This document shows positions 29,979-38,848 of a stretch of 64,000 nucleotides of DNA, piece by piece (within the stretch, counting starts at the first letter, position 1; the number at the start of each line of letters is the position of its first letter). Below the pieces are notes generated by a model. It searched no databases and was not told the DNA's origin. It worked only from the letters and a program-made list of their open reading frames with translations. Source of the stretch: Sulfolobales archaeon (GTDB lineage Archaea > Thermoproteota > Thermoprotei_A > Sulfolobales > NBVN01); the NCBI GenBank assembly GCA_038841535.1, contig JAWBTQ010000002.1:96001-160000 (forward strand). Reading direction: 5' to 3'. The position numbers and the translations under genes were made by a program.

Positions 29979-30935
29979 ATGGTGTTGCGCAACGTCGTAT
30001 TGTCAATAGACGTTGGTGGAACTAAGATTGCGTACGCGTTTATCGACTCCGGAGGAGGAGTTCATGATTACGGTATCGTAAAAACTAGGAGAGCTGGGGG
30101 AAGGCAGGTTATCAACCAGCTCAGAGAGATCGTTAGATCCTGTCGCTACAAGAAGGTTGTTGGCGTGGGGGTGAGCGTGCCAGGCATAGTTAGAAACGGA
30201 TCGGTTACCTGGGCACCTAACATTAGGGAATGGAGGGACGTCCATTTAGCCGATCTGATAAGCAGGGATATCCCCGAGGGAGGCCTAATAGAGGTCGTAG
30301 ACGATAGGACGGCTAGCGCTCTGGGTGAGATGTGGCAGGGGGCGGCAAAGAGTCTATCAAATTTCATAGTGCTAGTCATAGGGACGGGAGTCGGTGCCGG
30401 CGTAGTTATTGACGGTAGGCCTGTCCATGGCTCAGCTGGTGTTTCGGGAGCTGTAGGTTGGTGGTTACTATCGCGAAGTCTTCCACATCGGAGTACCCGG
30501 AGAGGTTTTCTCGAAGAAGAGATAGGGGGATTAGCTCTCGATAGAATCGCCAGAAGGTACTCTTCATCAAGAACCTCAACAGGCTCTCCACTTCGCGAGC
30601 TATGCGAATTCGTCGATTCGACTTGCTTGTTTAGAGCTTACGACCTTGGGCACGATCTCGCAAAAAACACCCTAGAAAGGAAAGCAGTATTACTCGGGAT
30701 CCTCATAGCTAACTTACTGAGCCTGCTTAACCCCGAGGCCGTTATACTAAGTGGTAGCGTCGGAGTTGAGCTAGGTAAAAGGTTTATGCCGCTCATCAGG
30801 AGAGTAGTTGAGGCAGTAGCGCAACCGTACGCCACCAAGAGCTACCGCTTAGAGGTATCAAGCCTAGGTCACTTGTCCTGCTTATACGGCTCTGCCTACT
30901 TCGTATTGAAAAGAATGGGGAGCATAGGTAAGTAA
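29979..30935 (+). CDS. ROK family sugar kinase
   Basis: DVGGTKI, GVSVPG, ALGEMWQGA, GTGVGAG; no N-terminal HTH. Confidence 0.9.
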   Translation: MVLRNVVLSIDVGGTKIAYAFIDSGGGVHDYGIVKTRRAGGRQVINQLREIVRSCRYKKVVGVGVSVPGIVRNGSVTWAPNIREWRDVHLADLISRDIPEGGLIEVVDDRTASALGEMWQGAAKSLSNFIVLVIGTGVGAGVVIDGRPVHGSAGVSGAVGWWLLSRSLPHRSTRRGFLEEEIGGLALDRIARRYSSSRTSTGSPLRELCEFVDSTCLFRAYDLGHDLAKNTLERKAVLLGILIANLLSLLNPEAVILSGSVGVELGKRFMPLIRRVVEAVAQPYATKSYRLEVSSLGHLSCLYGSAYFVLKRMGSIGK

Positions 30936-30978
30936 TAAGACCACTTTTTTGTTCTGTTAGTTTCTAACTCGTGAGACT

Positions 30979-32193
30979 ATGCTGCTTGGAGTAGTTGAGG
31001 GGTTCTATGGGCCCGCCTGGGACTGGGTTGAGAGGATTAACATTATGGAGTTTCTGAGTAGGGTAGGTCTCAATGCCTACATATACGCACCTAAGTGGGA
31101 TCCTCGTCATAGGGATTGGTGGAGGATTCCATACGAACCTGTCTTTGCTGATAGACTAAGCATGCTATTAGACTCGGCTTCTAGGTACGGAATCAGAGTT
31201 GTTTTCGCCCTAAGCCCGGGCTTAGACATGGACTACTCGTCAGAGCACGATGTTAGATTGCTAGTAAAGAAGTTCTCTTGGGTTATGGAGCTGGGGGTTG
31301 AAGATTTAGCCGTGTTTTTAGACGATATCCCGCCGGTTCTTAGAGGAAAAGGGTTCAAGACTCTAGCAGAAGCTCAGTCTTCCTTAGTGAACAAGTTGCT
31401 TAGGGAGCTGAGACCTAAGTCGCTGGTGTTCTGCCCTACCTATTACCACAGTCTGCGGGAGGACTACATGAGAGAGATAGGCGATCTCGTTGATCCCGAG
31501 GTATACATAGTTTGGACTGGTATGTGGGTAGCCTCACACAAAATAGACGTAGGGGACTTAGAATCCGTGGCCAAGCTCTTAAAGAGAAAGCCGTTCATAT
31601 GGGATAACTACCCAGTTAACGACTACTTCACCGTTTACGGAATTACGAGGCTACACCTAGGGCCCCTAAAGAACAGACCTAAAGAGTTCACCAAATATAT
31701 CTCCGGCTACGCATCTAACCCCATGAATCAGTATGAAGCATCTAAGATACCTCTATACACTATCGCAGAAGCCTTACTAAGTACGTCATACGACCCCGAA
31801 AAGAGTTTATCGGACGCTATAGACAGCATACTCAATAAGAACTCTAGGTACTGGTTTAAGAGGTTTGTGGAGTTTAACCGAGCTAACTTTATGGACTTAA
31901 CGGAACGTACTATAACTAGAGAAAATGCTGACGAGGTGATCGAGCTAGTCAGAGAACTTCGTGAATCTATAGGAAACAAGAAGTTGGTTAGAGAAGTTGA
32001 CTCAGTGTTAAGCAAAATGGAGTCCATAGCCAGGTACTCTAAAAACGAGGTATCCTATCTAAGCTGGCGAGTTCAGACTGCAGGTGAGTACAGTCCCCCA
32101 ATAACAGCTGAGAGAATGTTGAAGGAGGTGTTCGGAGTAGTAGCCCGACTCACTCCTTGGTACAGTAAGGCCTACGTAAAGCCCGAGGTGTAG
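30979..32193 (+). CDS. GH84 beta-N-acetylglucosaminidase (O-GlcNAcase/NagJ family)
   Basis: GVVEGFYG.AW, YIYAPK.DP.HR..WR, ALSPG, FLDDI catalytic Asp-Asp, FCPT.Y, WTG, IWDNYPVND, SNPMNQ.EAS. Confidence 0.93.
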   Translation: MLLGVVEGFYGPAWDWVERINIMEFLSRVGLNAYIYAPKWDPRHRDWWRIPYEPVFADRLSMLLDSASRYGIRVVFALSPGLDMDYSSEHDVRLLVKKFSWVMELGVEDLAVFLDDIPPVLRGKGFKTLAEAQSSLVNKLLRELRPKSLVFCPTYYHSLREDYMREIGDLVDPEVYIVWTGMWVASHKIDVGDLESVAKLLKRKPFIWDNYPVNDYFTVYGITRLHLGPLKNRPKEFTKYISGYASNPMNQYEASKIPLYTIAEALLSTSYDPEKSLSDAIDSILNKNSRYWFKRFVEFNRANFMDLTERTITRENADEVIELVRELRESIGNKKLVREVDSVLSKMESIARYSKNEVSYLSWRVQTAGEYSPPITAERMLKEVFGVVARLTPWYSKAYVKPEV

Positions 32194-32196
32194 AAA

Positions 32197-33480
32197 GTGA
32201 TAATTAGGGCGTATAGGAGAGGTGATGAAGAGGAAGTCGTTGAGCTACTCAAGATGTGCTTTGATGACTTCAATAGGTGGGGTGTGTCAGCGGAGGACTG
32301 GCTTTCGTATGAGGAAGGAGACTACGGCTTTAAGATAGATAACGCTCTTGTTGCTGAAGTCAGTGGTAGATTGGTAGGACACCTTCACTTAGTGATACGG
32401 AATGCGTACATAGGTGAAGGTTCCTTTGATATCTGCGGAATAGCTAATGTTTCAACTCACCCGGACTTCCGAGGTAGGGGTATAGCTACCGCCCTCGTGA
32501 AGAGAGCTATAGAGGTGTGTAGAGAAATGGGTTTACCTGTAGTTTCACTACTTACCGGCTATGGAGGTGAGGGGTATCGCGTATATAGGTCCGTGGGTTT
32601 TTCGAACACGGCTTTTCTGAGAGCATACGTAGGTGCTCGAGATAGTGTCGAAAAGTTTTTAGAGAGTTATGGGAAGATCAGGCTAGAAGTTGAAGAAATA
32701 GGCTACGGGAACATCGATGAAGTAGCTAAGCTTCACGATACGTTACGGAGGAAAGTAAATCTTGTCATATCGCGTCCCAGAGACTACTGGGTCAGCAAGG
32801 TACTGAAGAGATTCTTTTTCTATAGCTTCTTTTACGATCGCTCCGAGGAAGCTATAAAGCTACTCTTCAGAGACTCCTCCGGTCCGGTGGGTTATTCTCT
32901 GGCTTTTAGTGGGCAACGCGCCTCGAGGAACTACTGGCAGAAAGATGCAGGAGTAGTACTTGAAGCTGTAGCTATCAACGAGAAATACTTGAAGAGCGTA
33001 ATCTCCGAGACCCTAAGGCGACTACTCGATAGTGGGGCGAAGTTGTTCAGGCTCTACGTGCCACCATTATACAGGCCTATATTACGCTATAGCTTTGAGG
33101 AGTTCAAGGGGGGTTTACTAATGGACTACGTAATCGACTTAAAGAAGCTTCTGAGCAGTATGAGGGATGAACTCTCGAGGAGAGCAGCTTCCGCAGAGCT
33201 TAGGGGCCCTATGGACATCAGCATAAGGAGTCCATATGGATGCGCAAATGTTAATGTAGTTGATTCTAATGTGGAGATAAGTAGTTCCTGTAAGTTCGAG
33301 AATGAAGTGGAGTTCACCAGAGATGGCATCGTTAAAACTATCTATGGAGTAAGCTCCATAGGCAAACTAGTAAATAAGGACCAGGTAATGAGAATAAACC
33401 TTAGCTCACAAGCTTTTAAAGCAGTAAATGCCCTCTTTCCGGCTAGACCAATATACATCCCAAGGATGGACCAGTGGTAG
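32197..33480 (+). CDS. Eis-like GNAT acetyltransferase (tandem GNAT + SCP2-like C-terminus)
   Basis: GIANVSTHPDFRGRGIA acetyl-CoA motif, YRSVGF, second GNAT repeat, C-terminal LFP...MDQW. Confidence 0.85.
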   Translation: MIIRAYRRGDEEEVVELLKMCFDDFNRWGVSAEDWLSYEEGDYGFKIDNALVAEVSGRLVGHLHLVIRNAYIGEGSFDICGIANVSTHPDFRGRGIATALVKRAIEVCREMGLPVVSLLTGYGGEGYRVYRSVGFSNTAFLRAYVGARDSVEKFLESYGKIRLEVEEIGYGNIDEVAKLHDTLRRKVNLVISRPRDYWVSKVLKRFFFYSFFYDRSEEAIKLLFRDSSGPVGYSLAFSGQRASRNYWQKDAGVVLEAVAINEKYLKSVISETLRRLLDSGAKLFRLYVPPLYRPILRYSFEEFKGGLLMDYVIDLKKLLSSMRDELSRRAASAELRGPMDISIRSPYGCANVNVVDSNVEISSSCKFENEVEFTRDGIVKTIYGVSSIGKLVNKDQVMRINLSSQAFKAVNALFPARPIYIPRMDQW

Positions 33481-33832
33481 TCGGAGAATCTGCGAGTCCA
33501 CACGACTTCGAGCCTCTTAGGGAAGTACGAAACGGAGATCTCGTAATTTTAAAGCCTCTTCAATATTCTATTCATAAAAGCAGAGCTATGTCGAGGTTCC
33601 CCAAAGAGATGTTAAAACTAATGTGCTAAGCGTTATTACGAGAAGACTAAAGTAGAGTAGAACGTGTGGATCATTACGCTCATATTGGGACCTACAGTAC
33701 TCAGTTACTAGTGGAGGGTTAATCAGCAAATAGAATCTTAGAGTATGGACAGCACTTATAGCCACACCATGTACGGCAGCAAGTCACAGATTTTTCCAGT
33801 GTCCTGGGTCCTCTCTTAGTCTTGGGAGCTCT

Positions 33833-33857
33833 GGTTACGTAACTCTGTGGTTTAAAT
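33833..33857 (+). promoter_or_regulatory. GTTACGTAAC palindromic site plus TATA box upstream of the ABC operon
   Basis: GGTTACGTAAC at 33833-33843, TTTAAAT at 33851. Confidence 0.7.
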
Positions 33858-33879
33858 GATTCTAGCGATCAACTCACGG

Positions 33880-35910
33880 GTGCTAACTACGCCTCTACAG
33901 AAGTGGGTGATTTATGTTATAGTTGTAGTAGTCATAGCTGCAGTTGCTGTCGGTATAGCAGCCCAGTTACTCCTTCCGCCACCAGCCGTTCAACCAACTC
34001 CCACACCTACCCCTACCGCAATTACCCCCGCAACAACACCGACTCCCACAACACCTCCAACAGTGACACCTACGACTACTCCTTTACCTACAACACCGAC
34101 TCCCACACCGACTCCTGGGGAGAAGGTAGTATACTTGTACGGTAGTTGGCCGCCCCCTGAGAACTATATTACTAACCCCCTGGTAGGTACCATAGGGATG
34201 CTTCACTACTATACCCACATGCCACTAGTGTTTCTAATACCCGCTGATAGAGCACCATTACCTGGGTTACTCGGTGAGTACCCTAAGCTCATTTCGCTCT
34301 TAGCTGATGCCTGGGTATTCAAAGAGTATCCAGGTTCGAATTTAACTATAGCGGAGGTAAAGCTTAAGAAAACTGGTTGGAGTGATGGTAATCCGCTAAC
34401 AGCTGAGGACGTTTTTATTAGTATAGTGTACTACGGATGCTTCTACAACTCATTTCCCGGCTACTATGAGGTAATTAATGAAACAGCTATAAGGAGGTAC
34501 TGGAACGCTACGGGCATTAGATTCGAAACACTCACCTCGTGGATGTGGTCTTGGTACGGGATTTGGGCATCAAGAGAATACTACAAAGTGGAGCCATTGT
34601 GGCCGATCTGTATAGAGCAGTACAGGCTACTAAAGGAGCGCTACTACCTAACAACAGTGGGGAAGCCTGTACCTAAGGAATTAACGGATAGACTTACTCT
34701 GCTCAATAAGTGGTTCAGGGGGAACCTAACGGAGATAGCTAAGAAGGTCCCAGCATACCTAGCTAATGGACCCTTCTATCCAGCTAAGATCACAGAGTCC
34801 CACATTATTTGGGAGAAGAACCCGTACTTCTGGAACACTAAAGGTATGGCAATAGATAGATGGGTGATGCTAAGCACTCCTGAGACTGCAGTCATAATAG
34901 AGAACATCGGTCGCGGAGCCGTTACGTGGTCGACGCTAACATCAATAGTGCCAGACATCGTTGACGCACTTAAAGCTATAAACAGAGACCTATTGGTGTA
35001 CCCACTAACTCACTATCGCATGGTCGGCATACTCTTCAATTTCCAGAGATACCCGATGAACGATACACACTTCCGTAGAGCGATCGCTTACCTTGTAAAT
35101 AAAGACGCCATTTTCCAAACTCTTCCCTTCTACGCTAAGGAGACCATACTAAACATAGGGCTACCGGAGGAGTTCTTGTGGAAATGGATCTCAAGCGACG
35201 ACTTAAAGTACTTCACAAGGTACACCTACGACCCCAAGAAGGCGGAAGAAGAACTGCTCGCCGGAGGCTTCAGAAAAGACCCTAGAACTGGTAAGTGGCT
35301 TCTACCGAACGGTACTCCCATATCCATTACCATAACGATTACCTCTGATCCCATGTATGTAATACCAGCTGAAGCTATTGCCGGGATGCTTAACAGCTTC
35401 GGAATCACGACGCAGATAAGTGTTGTTCCATCAGCTGTTTGGACGACACTCGTTCGGACCTACGCTACTACCTACGCCGTAGAGAGAAATTACGACATAA
35501 CCATCTGGATATCTAGCTTGATGTACGCTACTGCTCACCCGTACTGGACATGGTCCCACATACTCATGCTCGGATGGGGTGCTGGAGGAGCAATAGCTTT
35601 CCCGAACTGGTGGAACATACAGCATCCGTGGAAGAGCTGCACTAACGACGAAAACATATCTAGGTTGTTCACTATACTCTACAACAACCCTGGTACAGAC
35701 GTCGAGAAGTGCGCCATTAAGGCGTTCGCATGGGTCGTCAACGAATATGTGCCTGTCTTACATTTGTACGAATATGGTGTCTGGGTATTCATGAACAGTA
35801 AGGACATCAAGGGATGGCCCCCGGAGGAAGACCCGGTTTGGAGCGTAAGATTAATGGACGCTGGCTACTATCGAGCTCTCCTGCTACTCTCGATATATTA
35901 CCTGCGTTAA
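33880..35910 (+). CDS. ABC transporter substrate-binding protein, family 5 (Opp/Dpp, oligosaccharide-type)
   Basis: N-terminal TM, Pro/Thr linker, WSDG.PLTAEDV, GPF, FRRAIAYLVN, YDPKKAEEEL; the track ATG 33856 lies inside the TATA box, so GTG 33880 is preferred. Confidence 0.9.
   Translation: MLTTPLQKWVIYVIVVVVIAAVAVGIAAQLLLPPPAVQPTPTPTPTAITPATTPTPTTPPTVTPTTTPLPTTPTPTPTPGEKVVYLYGSWPPPENYITNPLVGTIGMLHYYTHMPLVFLIPADRAPLPGLLGEYPKLISLLADAWVFKEYPGSNLTIAEVKLKKTGWSDGNPLTAEDVFISIVYYGCFYNSFPGYYEVINETAIRRYWNATGIRFETLTSWMWSWYGIWASREYYKVEPLWPICIEQYRLLKERYYLTTVGKPVPKELTDRLTLLNKWFRGNLTEIAKKVPAYLANGPFYPAKITESHIIWEKNPYFWNTKGMAIDRWVMLSTPETAVIIENIGRGAVTWSTLTSIVPDIVDALKAINRDLLVYPLTHYRMVGILFNFQRYPMNDTHFRRAIAYLVNKDAIFQTLPFYAKETILNIGLPEEFLWKWISSDDLKYFTRYTYDPKKAEEELLAGGFRKDPRTGKWLLPNGTPISITITITSDPMYVIPAEAIAGMLNSFGITTQISVVPSAVWTTLVRTYATTYAVERNYDITIWISSLMYATAHPYWTWSHILMLGWGAGGAIAFPNWWNIQHPWKSCTNDENISRLFTILYNNPGTDVEKCAIKAFAWVVNEYVPVLHLYEYGVWVFMNSKDIKGWPPEEDPVWSVRLMDAGYYRALLLLSIYYLR
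33991..34116 (+). repeat. Pro/Thr-rich low-complexity linker (PTPTPT) coding repeat
   Basis: QPTPTPTPTAITPATTPTPTTPPTVTPTTTPLPTTPTPTPTP; ACACCGACTCCCACA repeated. Confidence 0.85.
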
Positions 35911-35933
35911 GATCAGTCTACAGGCTGGTGTAA

Positions 35934-36962
35934 ATGGAGTTAACGGGAGTTTTTCCGTTCATTAAGTTACTCTCGAAGAGGGTTTTATATGCGATTTTAA
36001 CAATTATGGTAGCCGTCTCGGTAACTTTCGTGGCTATAAGGTCTATGCCTGGAGATGTGCTTTACACGCTGGCAGTATCGCTAGCAGAAGAGCTGAGGAT
36101 CTCCGTAGAGGAGGCCAAGAAGATAGTGTTCTACATATACTATGGGATTGACGTCGAAGAACCGATCTACCTACAGTACCTTAAGTATGTCATTGGGTTA
36201 CTGCAGGGGAACCTAGGGTACTCGACATACTTCAAAAGACCCGTTACTTACGTTGTAGCCAGGGCGCTAGGCTGGACAGCGTTTACTCTTTCCGTGGGGA
36301 TCTCTCTGTCTTTCGCTATTGGGATACTGATAGGGATGCTGGCAGGTTTTAAGCGCGGAACTAAGTTTGACGCCATAGTATCTCTGACCTCGACAGTACT
36401 GTCGGCTATACCGGGATACGTAGTAGCGCTACTACTGTACATCATGCTATCTGCGCGACTAGGACTCCTACCAGCAAGAGGAGCCTACTCACCGCACGTA
36501 GAACCGGGACTAAACCTAGCGTTTATGATCGACGTACTCTACCACGCAGCTCTCCCAGTACTCACATACGTAGTGATAACTTTCTCTGGCTGGACGCTAC
36601 TCATAAGATCGAACGTGGCGAAGATACTGGAGGAGGACTTTCTCAAGTACGCTGAGGCGCGGGGAATTAGCAGGAGGAGAATAGTGACTACCTACATAGG
36701 TAGAAACTCCATACTGCCAATAGTGCCTCTCCTGGCTATAAGAGTGGGGAGCATGATTGGCGGCTCTACCCTCATAGAAACGATCTTCGCGTATCCCGGT
36801 ATGGGGTATTACCTATCTCTAGCTCTTAGCATTAGAGATTACGGTCTTCTCCAGGGCATATACTTTATGATGATAGTCGCAACTATAGTTGCGGTAATAG
36901 TGGTCGAGTTCCTCACCCCGTTAATAGATCCAAGAGTTCGACGCGAGGTAGTAGCAACATGA
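35934..36962 (+). CDS. ABC transporter permease (DppB/OppB type)
   Basis: MPGD, QY..Y..GLLQGNLG.S, EDF..YAEARG EAA loop, IETIFAYPGMG, DPRVR. Confidence 0.93.
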   Translation: MELTGVFPFIKLLSKRVLYAILTIMVAVSVTFVAIRSMPGDVLYTLAVSLAEELRISVEEAKKIVFYIYYGIDVEEPIYLQYLKYVIGLLQGNLGYSTYFKRPVTYVVARALGWTAFTLSVGISLSFAIGILIGMLAGFKRGTKFDAIVSLTSTVLSAIPGYVVALLLYIMLSARLGLLPARGAYSPHVEPGLNLAFMIDVLYHAALPVLTYVVITFSGWTLLIRSNVAKILEEDFLKYAEARGISRRRIVTTYIGRNSILPIVPLLAIRVGSMIGGSTLIETIFAYPGMGYYLSLALSIRDYGLLQGIYFMMIVATIVAVIVVEFLTPLIDPRVRREVVAT

Positions 36963-37846
36963 CTTCCTACAGGAGTTCTAAGTCGAGACTTAAGCTCATA
37001 TACTTAGACTTCGTGAGACCAGTAATCCTAAGCGGTAGAGGAGTCCTAGGTATCGCTATCATAGTCTCCATGATCTTTATGGCTACATTAGGGCCCGAGC
37101 TCATACCTCTAGATACGGGTGTTAAGCCGCAGATGAAGTGGTGTCAGCCCTCTCTTGAGCATCCGCTAGGGTGCGACTACCTCGGCCGCGACCTGTTCTC
37201 ACTGGTAGTTCACGGTTCGAGAGAGGTCTTCCTTATACCCTTCTGTGCTACTTTGATTGGTGTGGTCGTAGGGCTATCTATAGGTCTGTTAGCAGGTTAT
37301 ATTGGCGGGTTGGCTAGAAGAGCTCTAACCTCAGTAACTGACACGTGGTTAACAATACCGTCGTTTCCAGTAATATTTATATTAGCCTACGCTTTACCTA
37401 AGTCTCCGGTCTCCATAATACTTCTACTAACTCTCTTTAGCTGGCCCGGGCTAGCTAGAGCGGTAGCCGCTGAAGTATCCTCATTGAAGCGCAGAGACTA
37501 CATCGAGGCGTGCGTTAACCTAGGCCTTGGGAGGGGCTACATACTGTTCAGAGAGATAGGACCTCACATACTCCCATTTGTAGCAATCAACTTCGCCTCG
37601 GTTTTCGTCGCAAACATGACGTCTCTAATAGGCATAGTCCTCCTCGGGGTAGCCCCACTGAACCCAACTAATTGGGGCTACTTACTAAACCAGATGATAT
37701 TTACTTACAAGGGACTGCTCCTAGCTAATGCATCAGTAGTGATAGTGTTGATGATACTCATGTTGGTTTTTATAAAGCTGGGTGTAGTGTTCTTTGCTCA
37801 ATCCCTCGAAGAGGTCTTTAACCCAAGGTTGAGGAGGTATGAGTGA
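36959..37846 (+). CDS. ABC transporter permease (DppC/OppC type)
   Basis: PSLEHPLGCDYLGRD, YIEA...G, NPRLR. Confidence 0.93.
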   Translation: MTSYRSSKSRLKLIYLDFVRPVILSGRGVLGIAIIVSMIFMATLGPELIPLDTGVKPQMKWCQPSLEHPLGCDYLGRDLFSLVVHGSREVFLIPFCATLIGVVVGLSIGLLAGYIGGLARRALTSVTDTWLTIPSFPVIFILAYALPKSPVSIILLLTLFSWPGLARAVAAEVSSLKRRDYIEACVNLGLGRGYILFREIGPHILPFVAINFASVFVANMTSLIGIVLLGVAPLNPTNWGYLLNQMIFTYKGLLLANASVVIVLMILMLVFIKLGVVFFAQSLEEVFNPRLRRYE

Positions 37847-38846
37847 AAAACTCGATAAGAACCAGAAGCTGGTTATCCGTGACCTGAGAATGGAGTACCT
37901 AGTGAGAGAAGGGACCGTAAAAGCGGTAAACGGAGTCAACCTCACTATACCTGAGGGGAGGATTACCGCTATCGTGGGCGAGAGCGGCTCCGGGAAAACC
38001 TCTCTGGTTGAGACCTTTCTTAAAATTTTACCTAAAAACGCGAGAATAAGGTCCGGTAAGGCCCTTCTCAAGCTCTCCAACGGAACAGCTGTAGACCTGA
38101 TAGAAGCGAGCGATAGCTTAATGAGAAAGCTAAGAGGGAGAGTCGTGGGATATATACCTCAAGGAGCGCAAAACTCTTTAAACCCTGTCTTAACCATCGA
38201 GCAGCACTTCCTCGAAACCCTCAGGGAGCATGGGACTCACTCTAAGGAGGCTATCGAGGAGAGAGTTCGCGCAATGCTTTCTCTCGTTAGGCTAGACCCT
38301 GAGGTCGTCTTGAAGAAGTACCCTCATGAGCTAAGTGGAGGCATGAAGCAGAGAGTTGTGATAGCATTGACTATGTTACTCCAACCGGAACTAGTAGTTC
38401 TAGACGAGCCAACTTCGGCTTTAGACATCTTCTCTCAAAGGGTTCTGCTGAACATACTCTACAAGATCCAGTCCACTTATAAGAATACCATGGTTTTGAT
38501 CACACACGATATCCCGATAGTATCAGAGCTAACCGATAGGGTGGCGGTTCTCTACGCAGGAGCTATAGTAGAGTCCGCAGATACGTACGAGGTATTCAAG
38601 GAGCCTATACACCCCTATACCTCTATGCTTATATCTGCCATACCTTCGGTAGTAGACGTCTACCTAAAGAGGGTGCCTAAGCCGGTACCTGGAGAGCCCC
38701 CCAGTCTTCTAAATCCACCACCAGGCTGCAGATTCCATCCTAGATGTCCTCACGCTTTTGAGAAATGCAGGCTTAAGGAGCCTCCTACGGTAGAAGTGCA
38801 CTCAGGTCACTTCGTTAGTTGCTGGCTGTACGCCGAGGGTGTGTAG
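37839..38846 (+). CDS. ABC transporter ATP-binding protein (DppD/OppD type)
   Basis: GESGSGKT, YPHELSGGMKQR, LDEPTSALD, HPYT, CRFHPRC. Confidence 0.95.
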   Translation: MSEKLDKNQKLVIRDLRMEYLVREGTVKAVNGVNLTIPEGRITAIVGESGSGKTSLVETFLKILPKNARIRSGKALLKLSNGTAVDLIEASDSLMRKLRGRVVGYIPQGAQNSLNPVLTIEQHFLETLREHGTHSKEAIEERVRAMLSLVRLDPEVVLKKYPHELSGGMKQRVVIALTMLLQPELVVLDEPTSALDIFSQRVLLNILYKIQSTYKNTMVLITHDIPIVSELTDRVAVLYAGAIVESADTYEVFKEPIHPYTSMLISAIPSVVDVYLKRVPKPVPGEPPSLLNPPPGCRFHPRCPHAFEKCRLKEPPTVEVHSGHFVSCWLYAEGV

Positions 38847-38848
38847 AG

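Noticed and set aside
33991-34116. Tandem-like repeats as a possible array or VNTR
   Set aside because: Explained by the Pro/Thr linker of the binding protein
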